54,257 nucleotides of DNA. Origin: Phycisphaeraceae bacterium. GTDB taxonomy: Bacteria > Planctomycetota > Phycisphaerae > Phycisphaerales > Zrk34. The stretch covers positions 1 to 54,257 of the forward strand of contig JBBDRF010000016.1 of assembly GCA_040905565.1 (NCBI GenBank), given 5' to 3'. Made by a program: the position numbers and the translations under genes. Position 1 is the stretch's first letter; each line of letters opens with the position of its first letter. Positions 33,348 to 41,316 of this stretch are shown one piece after another. The notes beneath the pieces are model-generated. The model was not told where the DNA came from, did not search any database, and saw only the letters and a program-made list of their open reading frames with translations.

Positions 33348-35180
33348 ATGCATCACATCATCTTTCGGTTCAATCTCTGCTCGCTTCTGGCGGTGCTGCT
33401 GGCGTTCACGTTGACGCATGCCGACGCGCACGCCGCCACGCTGACGCGCGAACTTCAGCAGCGCAGCGACGCGTTGATCATCAGCCTGATCGAGGACGAT
33501 GCCGACTTCCTCGATGCTTACGATGAAGCAACGGAGCTGCTCGCCCGGACCCTCGCCTATGCTGAGTCGCGTGATCTGCAGGCGGTGCGTCAAGCTGTCT
33601 TCGCTCAGCGGATGATTCGTTTCACCAACCGCTTTCAAGGCGACAGCCGGGCGATGCTTAAGTATCTGCACGAGAACCAGGCACTGGCTTACGAGTTGAT
33701 GTTCCTGATGCGTGACAGCGACGATGCGCACGCGGTGTTCGCCCTGCTCGATCGGCTGCGTCAGGAGCATGGCAACACGCTGAACAACTACCCGGGGCTG
33801 ACCGCGGCCGTCTGCGTGGTGCACCAGCAGCCGCTGGAGCGGCGCATCAACGAAAACCGGGCGACGGCGGAGGAACCGGAAAAGATTCTCGCCTACTACC
33901 TTGAGCATGAACGGCATCTGCTGGTGGACATCAAAGAAGCCCCGGGGCCGTTGATGCTGTTCGTGGTCGACACGACGGCGAGCGTTGCGGAAATGCGCTG
34001 GGCGCTCTCACGCTTCCGCAATCAGCGTGAGGTGGGGCGGTTGTTCTTCGAGATCGAGTACGACTACGCCCACTATCGCGGCGGCAAGCCGAAGGCTGTG
34101 ACGGAAGCGGGCTTCAACCTGCCGAACATTTACGAGTTCGGCGGCGTCTGCGCCGACCAGGCGTATTTCGCGGAGACGGTCGGCAAGGCGATCGGCGTCC
34201 CGGCGGTTTATTCCTCAGGGCGTTCGGGGAGCAGTTCGCACGCATGGGTGGGCTTTCTCGCGCGTGACCGATCGGGCGCGTACTGGAATTTTGATTTCGG
34301 ACGCTATGCCGCTTACCGAGGGGTTCGTGGGCATACGCGTCATCCGCAGACACGGCAAATGGTCAACGACAGTGTCGTCGGCCTGACGGCAGAGTTGGTC
34401 GGCGTGCGTGCAGCCGATCGGCAAACGGCCGCCGCCCTGGTCCATGCCGCTCATCGCCTGGGCGAACTTAATAATTCGGGCGACTCGGAGCTCGAGCCGC
34501 TGGTCAGGCCCAGCCCCCGCCGTGCCGAGAAGCCACGCGGCAACGCCGTGAGCGATCAGCTGGAATTGCTTGAACACGGCCTGCGGCTTTCGCCCGGTTG
34601 TGCCGAGGCGTGGCAGCTGGTGGCGGAGATCGCCGAGGCGGGAGATCTGGGGCTCGCCGAGACGCGCACGTGGGCGGACAAATTGATGCGGCTGGCGGGC
34701 ACGCAGTATCCAGACTTCGCGATCGATATTCTGCGTCCGATGATCTCCAACGTGGAGGATGTCGACGAGCAGAACAAGGTATGGGAGCGGGCCTTTGCGA
34801 TGTTCAGTTCGCGTCAGGACGTGTGTGCGGAGATCCGCATGGCACAGGGGCGCATGTGGGAAGAGGCGGGGAACATTCAGCGGGCGGGGCGGTGCTATGA
34901 GGATGTGATCGCGCGGTTCGCCAATGCCGGGCCGTTCATGATTGAAGCGGTCAAGCGTGCCGAGGCCCTGCTGCGCGAGCGGGGTGATGACGATAAGGTC
35001 GTGCGTCTTTACGACCATGCGTTCGCGCTGGTCGAGCATCCTGCCGACAGTCACACCGAATTCCGCCGACAGGGTAACTGGTATCGCCTGGCGCAGATGT
35101 ACGCCGAGCGGCTGGCGGAGGCGGAGATGACGCGCGAGCATCAGAAGTTGCTGGAGATGATCGAAGAAGTCGCCGGGTGA
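33348..35180 (+). CDS. secreted transglutaminase-like domain protein with TPR-like C-terminus
   Basis: Signal peptide; GGVCADQAYF...GKAIGVPA...HAWV...NFD putative Cys-His-Asp triad; helical repeats. Confidence 0.7.
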   Translation: MHHIIFRFNLCSLLAVLLAFTLTHADAHAATLTRELQQRSDALIISLIEDDADFLDAYDEATELLARTLAYAESRDLQAVRQAVFAQRMIRFTNRFQGDSRAMLKYLHENQALAYELMFLMRDSDDAHAVFALLDRLRQEHGNTLNNYPGLTAAVCVVHQQPLERRINENRATAEEPEKILAYYLEHERHLLVDIKEAPGPLMLFVVDTTASVAEMRWALSRFRNQREVGRLFFEIEYDYAHYRGGKPKAVTEAGFNLPNIYEFGGVCADQAYFAETVGKAIGVPAVYSSGRSGSSSHAWVGFLARDRSGAYWNFDFGRYAAYRGVRGHTRHPQTRQMVNDSVVGLTAELVGVRAADRQTAAALVHAAHRLGELNNSGDSELEPLVRPSPRRAEKPRGNAVSDQLELLEHGLRLSPGCAEAWQLVAEIAEAGDLGLAETRTWADKLMRLAGTQYPDFAIDILRPMISNVEDVDEQNKVWERAFAMFSSRQDVCAEIRMAQGRMWEEAGNIQRAGRCYEDVIARFANAGPFMIEAVKRAEALLRERGDDDKVVRLYDHAFALVEHPADSHTEFRRQGNWYRLAQMYAERLAEAEMTREHQKLLEMIEEVAG

Positions 35181-35276
35181 TGACCCCGGGCCAAGGCGGG
35201 GGCGATGTGTATAATGATCGGCTGCGGTGCCGAGCGGCGGTACTGAGGTTTTTGAGCCATCGTGACGGGCGAGCTG

Positions 35277-35873
35277 ATGATGCTGCTGATCGATAACTAC
35301 GACAGCTTTACGTACAACCTGGTGCAGCGTATCGGGGAGCTTGATGCGACGCTGGACCTGCGCGTGATCCGCAATGACAAGATCACGGTGGAGCAGGCCG
35401 AGGCGATGGGGCCGGAGCGGATCATCGTTTCGCCGGGGCCGTGCTCGCCGGCTGAGGGTGGGGTCAGCAACGCCATCATTGAACATTTTGCGGGGCGGGT
35501 GCCGGTGCTGGGCGTTTGCCTGGGCCATCAGTGCATCGGCTACACGCATGGCATGACGGTCACGCGGAACAGCCGACTGATGCACGGCAAGACGTCGCCG
35601 ATCTATCACGATGGGCGGACGATCTTTGAGGGGCTGAGCAATCCGTTCACGGCGACGCGGTATCACTCGCTGATCGTGACGCGGGAATCGGTCGATCTGG
35701 ATCGGTGGGAGGTTTCAGCGTGGACAGCTGAGGACGAAGTGATGGGGCTGCGCCGGCGGGGCGATGAGGCGCCGCTGGAGGGCGTGCAGTTTCACCCTGA
35801 AAGTTTTCTCACGGCAGAGGGCCCGCTGCTGCTGGCGAATTTTCTGGGGTTGCCGCGGCCGACGGTCGTTTAG
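35277..35873 (+). CDS. anthranilate/aminodeoxychorismate synthase component II (TrpG/PabA)
   Basis: [40 protein letters not shown]. Confidence 0.96.
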   Translation: MMLLIDNYDSFTYNLVQRIGELDATLDLRVIRNDKITVEQAEAMGPERIIVSPGPCSPAEGGVSNAIIEHFAGRVPVLGVCLGHQCIGYTHGMTVTRNSRLMHGKTSPIYHDGRTIFEGLSNPFTATRYHSLIVTRESVDLDRWEVSAWTAEDEVMGLRRRGDEAPLEGVQFHPESFLTAEGPLLLANFLGLPRPTVV

Positions 35874-35929
35874 GGGGGGCCGACGGGGCGTAGTGCCGCG
35901 GCTAGTGTTGTTGGTGTGGGGGGGCAAGT

Positions 35930-35953
35930 GGCAAACGGCGATCGCCCGCTAAC
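35930..35953. repeat. family F element abutting the NUDIX stop codon
   Basis: GGCAAACGGCGATCGCCCGCTAAC; shares both ends with 41270-41300. Confidence 0.75.
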
Positions 35954-36499
35954 TTAGCTGCCGGCTACCCAGGTTTGGGGCGAGCGGGTGGAGTTCACCT
36001 GGTCGCTGGCGGGGTGTTCGAGCCACCATTTCATTTGGCCGTCGCGGCAATCGATGTGGACGTGGAAGAACTTGCCGTGGTGCTCGCGGAGGAGGGGGTT
36101 GATCACCAGACGGTCGGTGTCGGGGATCGGCAGGTCGCCCAGACCGTCCCAGTCGTGCCATTCCAAGGTGCCTTCGCGGAACGTCATGCGCTGGACAGCG
36201 ACGGGGCGGGTGACTTCGTACAGGAAAATCAGCCAGTGGTTCTCGTTCTGGTAGGCGGTCTCGCTGACGATGCCCGTGAGGTGGAGGTCGGCTGGGGTCA
36301 GCTCGAGCTCGACTTCTTCGTGAATCTCACGCAGGGCGCAGCGGGCGGGGGATTCGCCTTCGTGCATGTGCAGCTTGCCGCCGATGGGCGAGTACAGATG
36401 CTTGTTGGGCGGCTGGGAACGGTGCAGCAGCAGCAACTGCCCCTGCTCGTTGTAGAGGTAGCACAGCGCTGCGATCCGGTAGGGAAGCGTTTCGGTCAT
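35954..36499 (-). CDS. NUDIX hydrolase
   Basis: GGKLHMHEGESPARCALREIHEE Nudix box; start may be 36511. Confidence 0.9.
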   Translation of the reverse strand: MTETLPYRIAALCYLYNEQGQLLLLHRSQPPNKHLYSPIGGKLHMHEGESPARCALREIHEEVELELTPADLHLTGIVSETAYQNENHWLIFLYEVTRPVAVQRMTFREGTLEWHDWDGLGDLPIPDTDRLVINPLLREHHGKFFHVHIDCRDGQMKWWLEHPASDQVNSTRSPQTWVAGS

Positions 36500-36538
36500 G
36501 GGTGCCATCATAGCCGTCCGGCAGCGTATCACCAGCCC

Positions 36539-36892
36539 TCAATGCGAGGCTGGCTCAGGAGCGTAGACGATGTGCGGCGCGAGGCGGGCGGCGATGGTGG
36601 GGCCGATGCCGCTGACACGCTGGAGGTCGTCGGCGTCGGTGAAAGGCCGCTGCTGACGTGTTTCGATGATGCGCTCGGCGAGTGCGGGGCCGATGCCGCT
36701 GAGCAGGGCGAGGGTGGCAGCGTCGGCGGTGTTGATGTTCACGCGGGCTTCGGGGGCGGCGGCGGGATCCCACCCGGGCGCGGGTTGCGTGAAGGCGGTC
36801 GTGAGCACAGCGGCGACGAGGAGCGTGGCGATGATCGTCATCAACACGGCACGCACGGGGAGGCCGTGAGGTTGCGGCGGCGGGGGGGTCAT
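36539..36892 (-). CDS. comEA: ComEA-family helix-hairpin-helix DNA-binding protein
   Basis: TM helix, then RVNINTADAATLALLSGIGPALAERII...DDLQRVSGIGP; ATGA overlap with the dipeptidase. Confidence 0.85.
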   Translation of the reverse strand: MTPPPPQPHGLPVRAVLMTIIATLLVAAVLTTAFTQPAPGWDPAAAPEARVNINTADAATLALLSGIGPALAERIIETRQQRPFTDADDLQRVSGIGPTIAARLAPHIVYAPEPASH

Positions 36893-37947
36893 TGCCACGT
36901 CTGCCGGAGGACGCGGAGCCAGTTGGTGCGGGCGATTTTTTCGAGGTCGTCTTCGGTGAAGCCGCGCTGGCGGAGGACGGCGATGAGGCGGGGCAGGCCC
37001 GCTGCGTCGGCGAGGGCGGCGGGGACCTTAGCGCCATCGAAGTCGCTGCCGAGTCCGACGTGGTCGATGCCGATGCGGTCGGCGATGTAGCTGAGATGGT
37101 CGGCGATGCGTTCGAGGGGCGTGTCGGCCTCATTACGGCCGTCTTCACGGAGAAAGATCACCGCGTAGTTGATGCCGACGATGCCCTGGGTCGCCGCGAT
37201 CGCATCAAGCTGATCGTCGGTGAGATTGCGGGCAGCGGGGCAGAGGGCGTGGGCGTTGGAGTGGGTGGCGACGAGCGGAGCACTGCTGAGCTTCGCGACA
37301 TCACGAAAGCCTGCTGCGTTGAGGTGCGAAAGATCGAGCAGGATGCCCAGCTCATTACACGCAGCGACCAGCGAACGGCCGGCGTCCGTGAGCCCGGGGC
37401 CGACGTCGGACGAGCCGGGGCACCAGAAGGGGGCGCCGTGAGCGAAGGCGTTGGGGCGCGACCAGGTGAGGCCGAGCGATCGCAGGCCGCGTTCGTAGTA
37501 GTGTGGCAAGGCTTCGAGGGCGGGATCGATCGCTTCGGCCCCTTCGAAATGGAGCACGGCTGCGAAGGTGTCGTCGCCGTTGAGGCTGGCTTCCAGGGCG
37601 TCGGCATCAGTGACTTTTGTGACGCGGCCTTGGCTGTCGGCGACGATGGCATCGAGTAGGTCGATCATCGCATCGGTCTGCTGCTGAGCGTGATCGAGCG
37701 GGAGCAGGGGGGGGAACTTGGTCTGGATAGAGCCGTCGGGATGAACGATCCGCTTGGCTTCGTCGGGCTCTTCGGTGGGCGGGTTGGGGACAAAGATGGC
37801 GCACATGCCGCCGGCGAGGCCGCCTTCTTGCGCGCGGGGTAGGTCGATGTGGCCGTGCTCGGAACGGGTGAGAAACTCCCGCCCGGCCCCGCGGTCGGGC
37901 ATGTGGAGGCTGAGGAGGAAGTCGTTGTGACCGTCGAAGATTTTCAT
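36889..37947 (-). CDS. membrane dipeptidase (peptidase M19)
   Basis: DGHND, HFEGAE, LDLSH, ATHSNA, GLGSDFDG. Confidence 0.94.
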   Translation of the reverse strand: MKIFDGHNDFLLSLHMPDRGAGREFLTRSEHGHIDLPRAQEGGLAGGMCAIFVPNPPTEEPDEAKRIVHPDGSIQTKFPPLLPLDHAQQQTDAMIDLLDAIVADSQGRVTKVTDADALEASLNGDDTFAAVLHFEGAEAIDPALEALPHYYERGLRSLGLTWSRPNAFAHGAPFWCPGSSDVGPGLTDAGRSLVAACNELGILLDLSHLNAAGFRDVAKLSSAPLVATHSNAHALCPAARNLTDDQLDAIAATQGIVGINYAVIFLREDGRNEADTPLERIADHLSYIADRIGIDHVGLGSDFDGAKVPAALADAAGLPRLIAVLRQRGFTEDDLEKIARTNWLRVLRQTWQ

Positions 37948-37974
37948 GGCGTCTCCCGGCCTGTGCCCCGGCTG

Positions 37975-38000
37975 ACCGCTCCCTCACGGTCGCGGCTCGT
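37975..38000 (-). repeat. REP-like element, family D
   Basis: Reverse complement of 1236-1261 with one mismatch. Confidence 0.85.
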
Positions 38001-38021
38001 TGTGGACGGCGCGCTTGGTTC

Positions 38022-39812
38022 TTACACCGCTTTGGTTGGGGCGGCGTGGGTCTGGACACGGAGGCTGAGTTCGTCGAGTTGCATCTGGTCGACGGTCGAA
38101 GGCGCTTCGGTCATCACGTCGGCCCCGGTTTGCGTTTTGGGGAAGGCGATGACGTCGCGGATGTTCGAGGTGCCGCACAGGTGCATGATCATGCGGTCGA
38201 GGCCGAGCGCGATGCCGCCGTGCGGCGGGGCGCCGTACTTGAGGGCATCGAGCAGGAAGCCGAACTTTTCCTCAGCCGCCTTCGCGTCGATGCCGAGCAG
38301 GTCGAAGACCTTCTGCTGAACGTCGGGCTGATGGATACGAATGGAGCCGCCGCCGAGTTCGGAGCCGTTGCAGACGATGTCGTAAGCGCGGGAGTTGATG
38401 GAGGCGATGGTGTCGCGATCGGCCGTGCCGAGCTTGTCCATGTCGGCTTCCGAGGGGGCGGTGAACGGATGGTGCAGCGAATCCCAGCGGCCTTGCTCGT
38501 CGTTGTATTCCACGAGGGGGAAGTCGACGATCCAGACCCACTTCCATGCCCCTTCGGGGATGAGATCGAGATCGTGCGCCAGCTTCACGCGAAGCTCGCC
38601 GAGGACGCGGGCGACGGTGGCGGGTTTTTCCGAGACGCCGAAGCAGATCAGGTCGCCGTCCTGGGCCCCCATGCGTTCGATGAGCGCGTCGGTGATGGGC
38701 TCGAGGAATTTCGCGACGCCCGTGGCGAGCTTGCCGCCTTCGATCTTGGTGACCGGCAGGCCGCCGGCGCCGAACTGCTTGACCCACTCGGCGAGGGCAT
38801 CGGTTTCCTTGCGGCTCATCTTCGCGCCGCCGGGCACGCGGATGGCCTTGACGGCACCGCCGGCTTCGATGGCACCTTTGAAGACTTTGAAATCGGTCTG
38901 GCTGGCGAGGTCGCCCACGTCGGTCAGTTCCAGATCGAAGCGCAGGTCGGGGCGATCGGAGCCGAACCGTTCCATGGCTTCGGAGTAGGGCATCCGCGGG
39001 ATGGGCTCGACGTCCACGTCCAGCACTTCTTTCCAGATCAGGCGGACGAGGCCTTCCATCAGTTCCATGACCTCGACCTGATCAACAAAGCTCATCTCGA
39101 CATCGAGCTGCGTGAACTCCGCCTGCCGATCGGCGCGGGGGTCTTCATCGCGGAAGCAGCGGACGATCTGCACATAGCGCTCGAGGCCTGACACCATCAG
39201 AATCTGCTTGAACAGCTGCGGGCTTTGTGGCAGGGCGTAGAACGAACCGGGATGCAGGCGGGAGGGCACGAGGAAATCGCGGGCGCCTTCCGGGGTAGAG
39301 CGGCAGAGGAAGGGCGTTTCGACTTCGTAGAAGCCGTGGCTGTCGAAGTAGTCGCGCATGAGTTTGGTGACGCGGTGGCGTGTGCGGAGAATCTGCTGCA
39401 TGCGCGGACGGCGGAGATCGATGTAGCGATGACGCAGGCGCAGTTCTTCGCCGACGCGGCCGGCTTCGTCGGGGCTGAACGGCGGGGTGGCGGACTTGTT
39501 CAGAAGCTCGATCGTGTCGCACGAAACCTCGACCTGCCCGGTCGCCAGCTTCGGGTTTTCCATGCCCTGCTCACGGGAGACGACGCGGCCGGAGGCGACG
39601 ATCACGTCTTCATGGCGCAGCTTGGCGGCGGTGGCGTGGGCCTCGGCGTGGTCGGGATGGAAGACCAGTTGCGTCAGACCGTCGCGGTCGCGGAGGTCGA
39701 CAAAGATCACGCCGCCGTGGTCGCGGTAGTTGTTGACCCAGCCGGCGAGGGTGACGGTCTGATCGACGTTGTCGGTCCGCAGTTGGCCACAGGTGTGCGT
39801 ACGCTTGAGCAT
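38022..39812 (-). CDS. aspS: aspartate--tRNA ligase, probably non-discriminating (Asp/Asn)
   Basis: RTHTCGQLR, RDHGGVIFVDLRD (His typical of ND-AspRS), PEGARDFLVPSR, LPQSPQLFKQ, GAPPHGGIALGLDR. Confidence 0.98.
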   Translation of the reverse strand: MLKRTHTCGQLRTDNVDQTVTLAGWVNNYRDHGGVIFVDLRDRDGLTQLVFHPDHAEAHATAAKLRHEDVIVASGRVVSREQGMENPKLATGQVEVSCDTIELLNKSATPPFSPDEAGRVGEELRLRHRYIDLRRPRMQQILRTRHRVTKLMRDYFDSHGFYEVETPFLCRSTPEGARDFLVPSRLHPGSFYALPQSPQLFKQILMVSGLERYVQIVRCFRDEDPRADRQAEFTQLDVEMSFVDQVEVMELMEGLVRLIWKEVLDVDVEPIPRMPYSEAMERFGSDRPDLRFDLELTDVGDLASQTDFKVFKGAIEAGGAVKAIRVPGGAKMSRKETDALAEWVKQFGAGGLPVTKIEGGKLATGVAKFLEPITDALIERMGAQDGDLICFGVSEKPATVARVLGELRVKLAHDLDLIPEGAWKWVWIVDFPLVEYNDEQGRWDSLHHPFTAPSEADMDKLGTADRDTIASINSRAYDIVCNGSELGGGSIRIHQPDVQQKVFDLLGIDAKAAEEKFGFLLDALKYGAPPHGGIALGLDRMIMHLCGTSNIRDVIAFPKTQTGADVMTEAPSTVDQMQLDELSLRVQTHAAPTKAV

Positions 39813-39991
39813 TGGACTGAGTCCCGGTTGCAGGATGAAAAGCTGTAAATCGTGATCGATTCTGAATCGGCGATGATAGCACGGCTCTGCGAACTCTGCG
39901 ATAGAGGAGGCGGGTTTGTCGCTACGGCGAGGCAGAGCTACCATTGAGCGCGACGGCGTGGGGGTGTCACTCAACGGAAGAAAGCGACGAA

Positions 39992-41125
39992 ATGGCCTTG
40001 GATAAACAGCAGATTCTTAAGCAGTTGCAGCAGGTGACGGACCCCGAAGCGGGGCAGAATATCGTGAGCCTTGAGCGCGTCGGCAAGATTGCCGAGTGCG
40101 ATGGCTACGTGAACGTGAAAGTGGCGACGGCCGCTTCGGAGGCTCAGCAGGCGCAGCTGCGCGAAAACATCACCGCAGCGGTACGGCAACTCGGCGACGT
40201 CGTGAAACAGGTGAACGTCGAGTTCGCACCGGTCCGCAGCGGCGAGCAGCCGAAGCCCGAGGCGCAGGCGAAAGCTCCCCAAGATGCGAACCAACAGTCG
40301 CAACAAGGTGGGGGGGAAGGTGGGGGTGGGCTGCCCGGTGTGAAGCATGTGATTGCTGTGGGGGCGGGCAAGGGCGGCGTGGGCAAGAGCACGGTTTCGG
40401 TGAACCTGGCAGTCGGGCTGGCGCGGCGGGGGTTGAAGGTCGGGCTGCTTGATGGCGATATCTATGGCCCTTCCGTCCCCACGCTGCTGAATCTCGATGA
40501 GCACAAACTGCGGGGCGCGAAGCAGACGCTTTATCCGTTCGAGGTACATGGCATCAAGACGATGACGATGGGGAAGCTGGTTGAGGCGGACAAGCCTTTG
40601 ATCTGGCGGGGGCCGATGGCGCACGGGGCGTTTAAGCAGTTGGTGACGCAGACGCAGTGGGGGGAGCTGGATTACCTGATCATCGATTTGCCGCCGGGCA
40701 CGGGGGATGTGCCGTTGACGATGGCGCAGACGTTGCCGTTGACCGGGGCGATCATCGTGTGCACGCCTCAGAAGGTGGCGCAGGATGACGCGGTGCGGGC
40801 GGTGGGCATGTTCCGGCAGCTCAACATCGAGGTGATGGGCGTCGTGGAGAACATGAGCTACTTCATCGGCGACGACGGCAAGGAGTACGACATCTTCGGC
40901 CGGGGCGGGGCAGCGGACATGGCCGACCGCATGAAGCTGCCGCTGCTTGGGCAGATTCCGATCCACATGGAGCTGCGCAGCAACAGCGATACGGGTAATC
41001 CCACGGCGAACTTCGAGGGGAACCCGGAACTGGCGAAGGGCCTGACGCAGTTTGTCGACAGCACGCTGGCGGAAGTTGAAAAGCGCGAAGCGGGCGAGGC
41101 GGGGCCGACGCTTTCGGTGCATTGA
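39992..41125 (+). CDS. mrp: Mrp/NBP35 (ApbC) iron-sulfur cluster carrier ATPase
   Basis: GKGGVGKSTV, DGDIYGPS, WRGPM, WGELDYLIIDLPPGTGD, VENMSYF. Confidence 0.95.
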   Translation: MALDKQQILKQLQQVTDPEAGQNIVSLERVGKIAECDGYVNVKVATAASEAQQAQLRENITAAVRQLGDVVKQVNVEFAPVRSGEQPKPEAQAKAPQDANQQSQQGGGEGGGGLPGVKHVIAVGAGKGGVGKSTVSVNLAVGLARRGLKVGLLDGDIYGPSVPTLLNLDEHKLRGAKQTLYPFEVHGIKTMTMGKLVEADKPLIWRGPMAHGAFKQLVTQTQWGELDYLIIDLPPGTGDVPLTMAQTLPLTGAIIVCTPQKVAQDDAVRAVGMFRQLNIEVMGVVENMSYFIGDDGKEYDIFGRGGAADMADRMKLPLLGQIPIHMELRSNSDTGNPTANFEGNPELAKGLTQFVDSTLAEVEKREAGEAGPTLSVH

Positions 41126-41136
41126 TCAAGTGCTAA

Positions 41137-41300
41137 GGGTGCCCCGGCCAGCGCAGACGGCCGGGCGGGATGGCGACATCAGCTCGGAAATTGACGCAGG
41201 TCCCAGGCAACCCGGCCGTCTCGCTGCGCTCGCTGGCCGGGGCACCCCTGTTCTCGGTGCATTGAGAAAGGCAAACGGCGATCTGCGATCGCCCGCTAAC
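41137..41300. repeat. family A inverted doublet (41137-41165 and 41211-41247) plus family F copy (41270-41300)
   Basis: Direct sequence comparison; lies between the convergent mrp and ppc genes. Confidence 0.9.
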
Positions 41301-41316
41301 GGGGGGCGATGGGGGG

